Shown here one piece after another: positions 35,480 to 48,371 of a stretch of DNA of 64,000 nt (the first letter of the stretch is position 1; each line of letters begins with the position of its first letter). The notes under the pieces are model-generated. The model worked only from the letters and a program-made list of their open reading frames with translations, made no database searches and was not told the DNA's origin. Origin of the DNA: Thalia democratica (taxonomy: Eukaryota); NCBI GenBank assembly GCA_965202585.1, contig OZ241830.1, positions 17,608,001 through 17,672,000 of the forward strand. The letters run 5' to 3'. A program made the position numbers and the translations under genes.

Positions 35480-35815
35480 GGTGCGCGACGCTTAAGTTTT
35501 CTACACATTAATCTTATACGAACTTCAATATCGATAAAATTGGAAAATACAATATTTATGAACGTAGAAGTCCTATCAAAATTGTTTCATATCGTACCAC
35601 AGCTTACGTCTTCGGCCTCGAAGTCTCACGTAAGCTGTTTTATATCGTTCTATAGTTAACCTCTGCGGCCGCGCAGTCCCAAGCCAACTATTTTGTATCG
35701 TATTGCCATTCACGTCTCCGGCCTCGAAGTCTCACGTGAAAAGCTGCAACTACTTCCACGAAGGAAGGGTCGCCCCGTTGAAGCGGCCTAGGTCCGCTCC
35801 GTAGGGTAGTCGAGG
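35480..35815. promoter_or_regulatory. GC-rich island with promoter-like motifs and duplicated hairpin-forming elements
   Basis: CAAAATGG (YY1-like), TATCGATA (35529-35536, DRE-like), TCACGTGA E-box, and a duplicated core of about 27 bp at 35600-35637 and 35709-35740, all in a low-GC background. Confidence 0.45.
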
Positions 35816-35872
35816 TATAATAACCTAATTTGTAGATGTGCTTCATCGTTTATATACACTTTTACTCTCTCT

Positions 35873-36000
35873 TTTGCAGGTGTCTCGTTGCATGTTGGAA
35901 GCTGCAAGTGTTTCGGCATGTTGGTATATGCATGTTGGAATCTGCAGGTGTCTCGGCATGTTGGAATATGCATGTTGGAATTTGCAGGTGTCTCGGCACG
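35873..36000 (+). repeat. Minisatellite, about 40-bp unit, about 3.3 copies
   Basis: Units of TGCAGGTGTCTCGGCATGTTGGAATATGCATGTTGGAA(T/G); the first unit is shorter. Confidence 0.85.
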
Positions 36001-39000
36001 GTTTTAATAGCCAGCTTACATACTCACCTGGTTTTGCAAACGGCAATTAATGAATACAAAATTGTATTTATTTTGCCTTTGTCAATCAAAAAATATCGAG
36101 TAGAGTTTAAAATATAAATTAGAGAACTGTTGTTATTATTTATTTGAAACTTGTCTTTTTATAAAAAACTTTAATTTAAAAAGTTTTAAATTTTATTCTA
36201 ATGCATGCATCGACATATGGACAATTGAAGTGAAATAAGTATAATTTCACATAAATGTCCAACACATATATTAAAGCTTTTGCTTTCTTACCAAATTTTA
36301 TCTGTTGTATTTTAAACTTATAGAAATTAAACATTATATGAGAAATACTATTTCAATAATGACACTTTTGTCTCAACACAAGCTAGCTAGTATTATTTCA
36401 ACATTCAAATCTTGTTTGACATTATTTTTCATAAGTTTACTAGTGTGAATATTTTTCTTACATCTAAGACTTTATAACTAAAGTGGTTTTTTTACGTAAT
36501 GTTTCCAAAGTCATTTTTTACTATTTTAATATTTTTAAGTATTTATTTTTTAAAATGAAAATTTTTCATTTTTTTTTCTCATACTATTTTATTTAAGTTT
36601 ATTACAAGTCTAAGCCTACTGAGTCTAGCTAGATTCTCAATTAAGCTTTTAGTCAATAAGTGCAGCTGTTTTTGTTGACATATGACATTTTATATATTAA
36701 ATCTTAAAAGGAAATAACTTAAAGACACATATTTTTGTATACTAAGTAAAAATGATCTAATAATAAACTTTTAAATAATGATAACCAAAATGAAAAAGAA
36801 TTTGCATTAATTTTACAAACTTTTTCAACTTTTAAATTGGCAATATTAAAGCAGGTTTTAATTTTTTTAAGCGTGTAGTATATTTTTTACACTTACTATT
36901 GTTTTATTTCAACTTTTTATTCTGTAGTACACTAAAATCCAGAGGTGTATCTACCAGCGGCGTGTTTTGACTGGTTTCCTGCTCCCTGTGTACCCCCTGA
37001 GAAAAAAAAAAGAAAAAGGAAATAAATATTTTTAGAATTTCACTAAGACGTATTTAATTGATTTTGTTTCGGTTATTTGATAAACTTTGAATAATGAACG
37101 TTGAATACAAAACAATGACAGATTAAAAAGTTGCAATAACAAAAAATACTCGTTTTTGCCCATCTAAAATAGATTTTAAAAAATTATAACTGTGACGTCA
37201 TAATAGGTAAAAGTTTAAAAGTAGCATTTTTTCTAGGAAACTTTTTACTAAAATGCTTTTAGTTCCCATTATAATTGTTAATTAGTGTATATAACTTTCG
37301 ATTAAGTGTATTGTTTTTGAACTAGTAAGTACAATTTTACTTATAAAATGTCCAACATAATCACTAAAGCTTTATTTTAATTAGTTTATTGTATATAATA
37401 ATGTTGTGTTTGTACTTGAACTTATATATTATTTGTTTTGGGTCATGTCTTAGATAAAAATAGTTGTGATTAAAAAAATGTTAACCATTTGAATATTATT
37501 ATTTAAGTGTATTAAAATACACTAATTAACTTAATGTACACTTAAAAGAATATATTGTTTATTTTTTCTATTTTGCAACAGTGACCGTTAGAAAAATGAA
37601 TGTTTTTCAAATTTACAATCAGGGATATTTGTATATCCCGAAAAAAAGCACTCGAAAAAACTAATGACCTATGATTAACTTTTGGCAATCCCAAAACTTA
37701 GTTGCCAGATTTCTAAGAAAACCTCTTGACCAAGAAAATTTCAATAAGAACAAGAAAACAGAATTTTTACTTCTGGAATTCTAAAGACCCTGCCCTAAAG
37801 TATCTTTTTAACTTTAAGTGTAAACACTTTATATATATATATCTAGAATGAGGAAAGTACATTTGAAGTCCTTCTGAGCTTAAAAATGCTGAGTCAGGAA
37901 ATTTTTTTAATTATTTTTTTATTATACTTTATCCCTTAACCTGCCTTAATTAAATTGGTCAAAACAAAGCAGAAAACTTAAATTAATAAAACTAAAAATA
38001 ACATGAGAAAAAAACTTCTTTTTGTGCTGACTAGGTTTTTTCAGCTCAGACTGACCTTTCAGAATAGTAGAACTTGCATGACAAGTCTAAGGAATATTTA
38101 GAATGTGATTGTAAAACTGTCATGTTTTATTACAATTAATTAGTTAATATGACATGATCAGCTAATACAGGGATTAGCAAACTGCGGAATGCGGGTCAAA
38201 TTAGCCTTTAAAGACAAACATTGTGGCCGTAATATACTTTTCAACTAAAAACATACTTTTCTAAAACAATATAAGTACTTTTATGGTGAAACTTACAATT
38301 ATTCTCTAAAACTAATCTCTTTTTATTGTTATATTTTTTCTTTTAATAGTATTTATGAAACTGTTTTTTTTTTCTATAAATGATGGAGCCAGAAATTCTA
38401 TCAAGCTTTTTAAAAGTATTTGTTGTGGTTATCTGTACATTTTATTACTAAAAATTTTAAGAAAATAATCATTGTTTAATTGTTTATCATAAATTTGTAT
38501 ATAATAATCAAGTATTAGCTTTGAAATAGTTTTTTACACTCTTTTTAAATTAACTGATCATAATTAACTAAGAAAATTTAAAGCTTAAGTATTTTATTCA
38601 TTTTTTAAAATGGTTTGATTAATCTTTTTGTTTAATTTTTAGTTTTCATATTTTATACTAATTTCAACTTAAACTTAAATGTATATTAAATGTTTTAAAG
38701 AGATCTCAACTACTGGAGGAGAAATAATGAATTTATTCTTTAAAGAATTTATTTTTTAATATAAGTTTCGGTCAAAGACCTCGTCAGTGCTTAATTAAAT
38801 CTAAAAAATATGTGACAATCATGGAAATAGCATTTAAACAATTTAATTGAAATAAAAACAAATTTTTACTCAATGTTTTTACTTGAAAAACAAAACAAAT
38901 TCAATTTAAGTATTAAAATTGAGTTTAAGTCAAAGCAAAAACTTAGTTAAATGTATATTTTAAATAAAAATATCAAAATAAAAACAAGCATAATAAAATA

Positions 39001-39439
39001 TGCCTCAATCAAGATTTAGTTTTAATGAAAATAACATTTAGTTGTCTATTGGCTTTCAAAATATATAAAAATGTTTTCAGAGATCATGCGCATACTAAAA
39101 TCATTAAACACTTAGAAAATACATAATACTATTTCAGTTCTATATTGTCACAATTTATTAAGAACGTCAATTAAGTTTAGTAACATATATCAGTTATAGA
39201 ATTAAGTTTATAAAAGAATTAAAAACCTTTGAAATTGGTATTAACTAATCATACTATGTTAAAAAAAGAAACGCGGCTTTGAGCTAGTTTTAACAAAAAA
39301 TATCAAATAATTGGAGGTGTAAGGAATGAGAAATTATACTTTTAAATTTTAAAATTAAATAGGTCAATGTGAGGTTCTTAACAGTTCTAATAAATAATTT
39401 CATTAGTATCTAAAAAAAAGTTTCTATTATCTATCTCCT

Positions 39440-41415
39440 TTACCAAGCATTGTTATTGCGACAAGGTTGGTGGTTCCTACCTAAAGTATTCATGCTCCTT
39501 ACATCCTTCTTAGATTTAAGAACTTTAGCTCCTGGTGGGGGTTCAATCCTCCTTGGGGGTTCATTTACACGAGGCATTGAAGGTTTCGGTATACAACTTG
39601 TCGGCCTTTTATTACCAGGAATGATTCTTCTACCGTTCCTATGCAAAGGATTTTTCGCAGGTGGGGGAGGTAATGTGAGGTAGCTAGATTCAGGTTTAGT
39701 CATTTTCTTTGATGCAGTGACTTGAGACGCTGCTGCTTGTTTTGGTTTGGCAGCCTGACTCGAAGGTGTGTTTCCATGGTTGTTGCATTGAGCTGTTTTT
39801 GCTGGTTTTGCTTTAGACCCAGCTGCTTGTATTGGTTTGGCCGCCTGACCATAAGCTGTGTTTCCAGGCTTATTGCATTGAGCTGTTTTTGTTTGTTTTG
39901 CTTTAGACCCAGCTGCTTGTATTGGTTTGGCAGCCTGACTGTAAGCTTTGTTTCCATTGTTGTTGCATTGAGCTGTTTTTGTTGGTTTTACTTTAGACCC
40001 AGCTACTTGTTTTGGTTTGGCCGCCTGGTTATATTTATTTCCAGAGTAATTACTACAATCTGTTTTTCTTCCATCTTCTTTTGGTTTGACCTTTTGACTG
40101 TTCCTGTTGTTTCCACCAAACAAATTGTTAAACGAAGGCTTTGCGTCTTCCAGAACTGGAAAGTCATTAGGATTTTTTGAAGGTTGAACATTTGGCTTAT
40201 TAACCCATTTCGGATTCAGAGGGAGTTGAGGTTTAGGAGTATTTGTTTCTGTGTTTAATCCAGGATAAATTTCTCTACTGTTAATTTCAGGAACTGGTGC
40301 AGGAGTTTCATTATGTTCTGGTCTCTGATTTCCCATGTTGCGTCTTCTTGGAGCTTCTACTTGAATCATTCTTTCTTCTCTCTGTTTTTGTTTACTCATA
40401 CTATCCTTGTGGTATTTCAGGTTGTGAACTTGCAAGTCAAATTGCGATGCAAAAGCATTAGTGAATTTATCATTTTTACAGCTGGCTTTTTCACATACAA
40501 AATGGTTTTCCTCGAAGTGCGTGCGAAGATCTTCATATTTTATAAAGTAGTAGTTGCTCTCTTTAATAGCTTCAATATCATCTCGTCTATCACAAATGTG
40601 ACAAAAGAAGTGATCTTTGCGCCGATGTTTGTACAAATGATCTTTGTCATAAAAGCGATGCCAACATAACTGGCACTGAGGATGTCCCTTATGAGATGTG
40701 TTTTTACCTTCACCTACACATTTGTGGATGTCTAGTTGTTTATCGGTATAATAACTGAACTCACTGTAGAATTGGTGGTCATGGGTTAAACACAAGCCAC
40801 AATATTGTACATTATGTTGTTCTCTCATGTGTTGTTTGGTTTCGCAAATTGTTTTGTCAGCAGGCCTGTCAACACAAATGGGACACCTTGGAGCTAGTAC
40901 TTCATCAAACAATTCTTTCAGTTTTTCTGAAGTAAAAAAGTAAGCTGCTTTATCGTACTTCTTAGAACAGCCATGTTCTAACAAATTTAACAGTATTGTG
41001 TTTGTTAAGCTAGAAAAAGGTAACAGTTTATCAGATATTATAACTTTATCGAGCTCAGCCTTACAAATTGGACAACTGTACTCTTTCGAAAGTATTCGCA
41101 TCTTCATTGAACACTTCATGCAAAGTGTGTGATTGCATTTAGAAATGGCGTACTGCTGTATTTCATCACTGCATATAACGCAGATGTTGTCAGAGTCATC
41201 AAAATCAGCCTGATGTTGATTTACATCTTCTGCTTTACTTTCTACGTGAGTTTTTCTGCTGAAGCCACTTCTTTCAAACCCTTGATTTGCTTCGTGATCA
41301 TTACCGGGCGTCCAGCAATATCTCTAAAGTTTTTAGTCTTAGAGCTTTTTTCATACTGCTCATGACTAGTAGAGGTTTTATCTGCTGTTCTGCTTGAGGT
41401 TTTACAGTCAGTCAT
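39440..41415 (-). CDS. ZNF598: ZNF598/Hel2 family RING E3 ligase (ribosome quality control); start ATG (41415) is out of frame with the RING-containing ORF (open 41323-39440)
   Basis: RING CVIC...CNHTLCMKC...CPIC is encoded upstream of the called ORF start. SHKGHPQCQLC, HRRKDHFFCHICD and HFEENHFVCE...FTNAFASQFDLQVH match the ZNF598 C2H2 cluster. Confidence 0.88.
39728..40035 (-). repeat. In-frame 90-bp (30-aa) tandem repeat, about 3.4 copies, within ZNF598
   Basis: QAAKP(K/I)Q(V/A)AGSK(V/A)K(P/Q)(T/A)KTAQCN... units; CAG codons are 90 bp apart (40025 to 39755 is 270 bp). Confidence 0.92.
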
Positions 41416-43515
41416 TTTTAATTACTACAAAATTTGCTGGTAAAAGATTGAAGTTAATTGTTTGTTTTAGGTTAAAAATGACATTTATTTAAAAGAAATT
41501 TTAGCTAAGTAAATTTAAATATTTTAATAATATTATAACTACAACATTCCTGTTTCATTAAACAAAAACAATTCTTACTTATTCATGCAGTAGAACTTAG
41601 ATTTTAAGGAGAGATTTGTTTAAATAAACGTCTTGTTATTATATACATAAAAAACACACATGCAAGCATATTCATAAAATAAATTTTAATTTAGAATTAT
41701 TAAATTTATGTAGATACTATTCCAATCAACTGTTTTCTTCTACTGAATGCCATAAATCAGAGTTGCTTTATATGTACTAACTTGTGAAATATTTTTATAA
41801 TTTTTCTTTTCAAAAACATTTATAATTAGCTTTAAATTTAAGCACTTTGAGTCGTATATCGTTTTGAAAAAGAGAGAAGCAAAATAAGACTAAAAAATTG
41901 TTTACAGAAAAACGATATAATACTAAAATACAATATAACTTAAGAATTTATTATAAAAATTATCAAATAAATTATTTTTGATATTTTTATTTTAAAGCTA
42001 GCTTGCTGTTAACTTAAAACTAAATGGTTGTCAATCAAACAAATATAGTCTAGTTTGCACAGATTTCAATTACCTTGAAGACCACTGAACAATATGCAAC
42101 TAAAAAACATTAAATTAAAAGTTTTCATGATTTCATCTTTTATTTTTGTACTATTGAGATCTTCAGTTTTAAACTATAGAGGAGCCTTTTTAACAGTGGG
42201 CATACAAATCTTTAAGATTTACCCACTGAGTCTTTTAAGCAAAAACTTAAAGTGTCTTAAAACAACTTACATAAACAAGCAAGCTTTTAAGAGAAAGTTA
42301 AGCAAAAATAGTAAAAGCAAAAACTAATATTAATCAAGCTAAAATACCTTAAATTATTTTAATAAGCATTTAAAAACTTAGTAACTAGTAAAACACTAAA
42401 TTAAAAATTTTGTTGTAAACACCTACCTTAACTTAATTTTAAGAAAAACTTCCGTACAGCCCTGAACTCTATATAAAAACTTTAAAAAGGCAAAGTTAGT
42501 CTGATTATATTAAATATTTTTAGAGAGTTCAACTAACTTGAGTAGGTCTAAATCTTTAAAGCATTTGAAAATAGCTTGAAGGGAAGTCTGAGTGGATAGC
42601 AATTTTGAACTGCTTTAGTTATAATAATAAAAGTAAAGTCCATGTATTTAAATAAAATCTTTTTAGATTTTACTTGATATTCAGTTTTCTAGTATTTACT
42701 TCGATACTTTAAAATTAAAACTGCAGTATAAGGTGAATTTTTGCTTACATACATTCATAATAAGCATCCCAATCTTTAAGTCAAAAAAGTCTTAAGTGTC
42801 AAAAACTGTCCTAAGTAAACTTAAACTGTCCTTAAACATCTTGAGTTTTTTCAAATCCTTAAAAAAAAATTTATTTTAAAATAAATTAAAAATAAGTTTT
42901 TCATCAAAATTGGTTACAAAAGAACAAAATATTGAAATTAAATTAATTAAACCTTATTTTTTAACATTTTAAAAACTGTCCTGAAATTTTAACACTATCT
43001 AAGTTTACAAAATTATACAATAACAAAACCCTAGTTAGTCTGAGTTTTAATAAAACATTTTCTGTTTTGAGTCACCCAATATATTCAAAAGTTTTCAAAT
43101 TATCCTGAGTGTTTGGCAACCATGTCATAGCAAATGAGAAAAGCATTTATTATTTGATAGACACCTTGTACCTATTTACTAAAATAGAAATATGTACAAT
43201 TAATTGCTAATTGTCAACAATTTTTTTTTATACATTAACAACCCCTCCCTCAAAATTCTAGTTTTTAATTTAAATATTTTTCACTAGTTTTACCTTCAAT
43301 CAAACTGTAAAATTTTTGAAAGTTGAAGGACATTATGTGTTAGTAACTTTTATCTACCATATTTAAACAACATCACTAATGTGATAACTACTGGAAAATA
43401 ATAATTTGACAAATTGACAAAAATATTTTAACTGAATTAAAAAATATTGAATTGTTCAGTGATACAAATGTTAGTAACTATAAAAACTTTATTGTACTTA
43501 AAATATAACTACACA

Positions 43516-43791
43516 CAAGGTTGCCACTGGTGAAAAAAAATTTCAGAGTGACTAAAAATTGTTCTGAGTAATCTGGAACTTTTCAAATTTATTGAAAATA
43601 AACTTTTTTAAATCAATAAAAATTAAATTTATCAGCCAAATTGTTTATAAAATTACAACAAATTTAAACAAAATCTTCTAAATGTCATTCAAAATCTAGA
43701 AAACTGGTCTGAAATTTTAAGAAACCTACAATTGTTTTGAATATTTCAAAAAAAAACTGGCCTAAGTTTTCATGAGTGTGTGGCAACCCTG
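43516..43791. mobile_element. MITE-like element, CAGGGTTGCCA TIR family
   Basis: CAAGGTTGCCA...TGGCAACCCTG termini; no TSD recovered. Confidence 0.55.
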
Positions 43792-44003
43792 ATAGTTTTT
43801 TATATAGACAGTATTTAGATCAATATAAACTGTATATTATAAAAAACAACTATTGAATTTTATTTTTATTTATCTATATTTTACTTATTTTTAACTTAAA
43901 TATTTTCTTTTTTTATTTAAAAATATCATCTAATTTAGTTTTTTTTTCGAGCTAGCTAGTGTCAAAGTGTCAACTATTTGAAACTTTCTACAAACTATAC
44001 TTA

Positions 44004-44363
44004 CAGGGTAGTCAAACGTTTATAGTTAATTTTTTCGAGGTTTTCAAAAATTAATCCAGGTTTTAAACAGTATACAGTTTATAGTCTATGTTTACTTTAA
44101 AGTGAAGTTTTAGTTAAAAAACTGTGTTAGATAGTATAAAAACATTCAATGATACTGTAAAGCTACTTCAAATGTGTTTTTTAATAAAAAATGTTGATGA
44201 TGACAAAAAAATGTTATCTACATGTTAGGTATTTTGTGTCAAATTAAAATTCCTCTACTTAACATGTAAAAATTGTTTAAGACTCCACCTTTTTCCAATC
44301 TTTTTTTAGAAAATTTCTCAAATTCCAGGTTTTTCAAGGTTTCCAAGTTTTTTGGCAACCCTG
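44004..44363. mobile_element. MITE-like element, CAGGGTTGCCA TIR family
   Basis: CAGGGTAGTCA...TGGCAACCCTG; 6-bp TSD TACTTA/TAATTA (5 of 6 match). Confidence 0.7.
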
Positions 44364-45328
44364 TAATTATTAGCTTTTTTAGAAAAGTTTGGTTACCAGC
44401 TTTTCGAGGAAAAAGAAGCTTAAGTATAGATGAAATCTATTTTTTTAAGAAGTAAAAATAAAAGTGGTAATATATAATTAAAATTTGAGTAAAAACACAG
44501 ACCAATTTTTAATTAAAACTAAACTTATGATGAAAATAATATTTTAAAGATGTAAAACCTTACTAAAAATACATTCTGAAATCTATTAACAATTTTCCGA
44601 CCATGTATTAACTATTACAAAGCATATTTATTTTATTAAATGAAGCCTGTATGTTTTAGAATTGAATGAAGTTATTTCAATGACGATTCTGATGCAAAGC
44701 TCTAGATAGAAACTGTTTCATAAACAATTATGCATAAGGGTCAAAGTCTAAGTAAAGATTTATTGACAAACACATAATAAAATAAAATTTAATGTACAGG
44801 TATAAACATTAAAAAACAATTTTTGATAGAAAATTTTAAAAGTTTCATTAGCTTGGCAGTTTTTTTTTTATTGAAATCTATGAAAGTAAAATTAAGTTGT
44901 CTAATATACAATTTCTTTTTAACATTTCTTTTTTATTAATTTAACCTGATGTTTTAATTATCGGTTAGACAAAACTTATATCTAACATAAGAGGTTATTA
45001 ATTTTTAATTAATAGTTTCTGATACTTTCTGAATATAAAATATTTGTATCAACTGCTTACTAAAAATATAAAAAAATACATTTTATGGCATAACATAAAC
45101 ATTATTTTTCATTCCCTTATTATAAATATTTTCACCTCTAAACATTTATCATACTTTTACCATTAATTTTAGTAATTAAGTTTAGGTAAACTATGTTAAG
45201 TGGAAGAGTAGTAAAAAAGTTGTATTAAGAAACAAAGCAAGAAAAGAGTTCAAGAGGTATGCTGTATAAAGTGAGGGTTTTAATATATAATTAGGTGATA
45301 AAGTGTAACATATCCACAATGAAATTAA

Positions 45329-45602
45329 CAGGGTTGTCACTTGTTTTTTCAAAAAATTTTCCAGGGATTTTAAATTTTTTCCAGGTTTTTAAAAGTACAC
45401 ATTTTTGGGTCTATTTTTAGTTTTTAACCTGAGAAAATTAATAAAATTCCAGGTTTTTCAAAATTTTAAAAGTGATTTTTGTTCAAAATTCCAGGTGTTT
45501 CCAGGTTTTTTTTTCAAATTTTCCCAAATTCCAGGTTTTTTCAGGTTCTTTTTGCCTAAATTGTCAAATTCCAGGTTTTTCCAGTTAAAAATTGCAACAT
45601 TA
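45329..45602. mobile_element. MITE-like element with internal TTCCAGGTTTT repeats
   Basis: CAGGGTTGTCA left end, degenerate right end TTGCAACATTA, AATTAA on both flanks. Confidence 0.6.
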
Positions 45603-47407
45603 AATTAATTAATTAAATATTTTATAAAATGAATTAAGATTTTTCATGATTCATTTCTATCAAATTTAAAAAAAAGTAACAAATATATTTAGCACAACCT
45701 CAAGCTTTAATTATTTAGTAAATAGTCATGCTAATAAATTCCTATTTACAGATTTTATTAAATATATTTCATAACATGTCTTAAGTAAGAGACAGGACGT
45801 ATATACAGTCTACATATACTTCATCTATAGAGTAAAAGTGTTTTGTAACTCAAATGACAGCTAACTTTATTCAATTGGGTTGTCTTCACAAAGTTTTTTT
45901 AACATGCTTGCAGAAAACAAAATGGTTTAATTTCAAAGAACAAATTTAAACAATAATGAGTAAAATAAAAGTAAGAAGCTTTGAGATTTAAATTTTTTCA
46001 GACATAGAATAGAAAATAGCCAACAATAAAAATATATTTCCACGCATTTATTTTATACTAACGGCGTTTTTTGCTTTTCTATTAAAGTAAGAATATTTAC
46101 TTTAGTTAGATATTGACTGTTTCAAAATAAAAACATAAACTTTAAGGACCATTAAAGATCGACAACCGATCATAAAAAGTTTGATATATTTACTATGAGC
46201 TGGATTGCAAAATCATTTAAAACAATAAATCTGAATACTGAGTAAATGTTAGTTTAATTTAACTTGAATTTTAAAGCACGAACAATTTTTGACAGTACGT
46301 TTATCGTCACTATGACATATAATTTGTTCTCAACACCATTACACGCTGTTTAAACTTTTTAGAAGATTAAGTGTTATTCGTTTAAATTTTTTGGTTGACA
46401 CATTTTTTTACTTGTTATAACAAATAGTGTTTTTTTTGGTATTTTTCATAAGATCTAAAACAAATTAAAATAATTAATTTGGTAATATTTTAAACTTTCA
46501 CAAATTTAAATAATTCAAACACTCATAAGTATTATAATTAGTGATTTTTTTTTATCTTTTATTTAAAATTTATATTATAGTTTAAAAAATAAGTTTTAAA
46601 GTTTATTTGTATATTCTTATTACATCTTTTTCCTAGTTGGGCATCTACAAAATTTTTCTCTGTTTCTTTTAGTTTTGAACATTGAACAAATAGTATTAAT
46701 TTCAGCAGCAGACACAAACCGTGTGTATAATATTATAAAAAATTATAAACTTTGCTTTTTCAAATAAATAAAAAATAATATCAAAAATTTTCACTAATTT
46801 AACACACAGCTTTATTGTTATTTCATAAAGCTGCCGTTTTAAATAACTCTTTTTATAAACATTAGGTTTTTAATTAATATTTTAATTAATATTAAATTGG
46901 GAAAAATAAATTGAAGAAAAAACATTTTTATAATAATCTATAATAGTATTTTTTTTTGGTATATATTTACTACTTTTATTAAAACAGCTCAGAATGTTGG
47001 CTGTAGTTGTAAGATTATGGAAATGTCTTCATTCATTATATTGTTACAGCAAATGAGGTATTTTTTTCAAGGTAGAATAACATCAGAAGAACTTACTCTC
47101 CCCTCTGCAACTATAAAAGTTTTCTGAAGATCAAGTGAATTTGAGCTCATCACGCATTATCCCACCTGCCCTATCTTTTAACTTATCAATTAAAAATTTT
47201 ACATTTTAATTTAAAAAATTAAAATTAAATCTATCTATAAACAAAAAAAGTAGAGCTATTAACTAACCAAATTAAAAATAAAAAAAATAATCCTAATCCT
47301 TTATTGAAAAAACCACTGGTAACACGTTTTTTGGCAACCACTTACAAGGTTAAAATCTCAACATTAAAAACCACATAGTGTAGAAAAATCCTAAAGCTCA
47401 AATCAAA

Positions 47408-48371
47408 CAGGGTTGCCACTCGGTCAGGAAAAGTCAGATGATCAGGAAAAATTTAAAAAAATGACAAAAGTGAGGAAAAAATGGGGGGTTTGAAAAAAAG
47501 TCAAAAAATTTGATAAGATTTTAAAAAAGTCACATTTTGTCAGTTTAAGTTTACGAAATTCTTTGTTTTTCAAAGCCTTCAAATGGTAGAAAATAATTAA
47601 AAGTCGTTTAAAGTCTAAAGTTTAAAAAAACTTCCAAATTTTTCTAGAAAATTACAAAAATATTTAATTTTTTTTTCCAATGCCTTCACCTGGTCTAAGT
47701 TAGTAAAATATCCTTTATAAAACTGCAAAAATTTTCTATTAACATATTGAACAAGTACCCTACTTGAACAAGCAGGTTTTGTAAGCTTTTTAGTATTGAT
47801 GATCTGTAGCAAGGACACTTCCATAGTGAAACTGTAATATATACACAAAAGTTTATCTAGCATAATTTTAGAATCAAAGTGTTTTTGTTTAAATTATTGT
47901 GTTCTTTATAACTAGGCAGTTAGTTTAGTATTTTATGTAACAAGTTAATGTGAATACTTTACCTCTTTATAACTTTTTCAGAAATGTTAAAATTTATAAA
48001 TTAAGTTATAAGAGAGGTATATGCCAAGATTAAGTTTACTTATTGTTTGTGTTTTTTGTAGAGTAACTTAAGTTTTTAAAGTAAATAAGAGTATAGTTAT
48101 TTGTTACAAATTTTATACTAAATGATAGGAAATATTTTATACAACAGACATATAGTTTACTTTTTTATGTCTTTTTTTACAGTTACTTAAATATATTCTT
48201 TTTGTATTGATTTTCAATTTAAGATTTTATATTAAATAAATTGGGTAGTGTTTTTTTAAACTAAGTGAACAATTCATATAAGTAAAACTGATTTAGAAAA
48301 GTCAGGAAAATTTTGGTAAAAAGTCAGGAAAAGTCAAGAAATTTTTCTAAGCTTGATCAGTTGCAACCATG
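47408..48371 (+). mobile_element. MITE-like element homologous to 16766-17929
   Basis: CAGGGTTGCCA...TTGCAACCATG; 6-bp TSD ATCAAA/ATCAAA. Confidence 0.78.

Noticed and set aside
35761-35805. SRP (7SL) RNA S-domain similarity (AAGGAAGGG...TGAAGCGGCCTAGGTC)
   Set aside because: The helix-8 GNRA loop and AGCAG strand are missing and there is no Alu domain; the resemblance is partial.
35790-35850. Spliced-leader RNA gene (donor in a small stem followed by Sm-like AATTTGTAG)
   Set aside because: Single copy, GC-rich putative leader, and a strong cis acceptor 65 nt downstream explains the donor more simply.
39440-41415. ZNF598 as a processed retro-pseudogene
   Set aside because: More than 620 codons are free of stops, an upstream acceptor and possible UTR mini-exon are present, and no poly(A) tail or TSD was seen.
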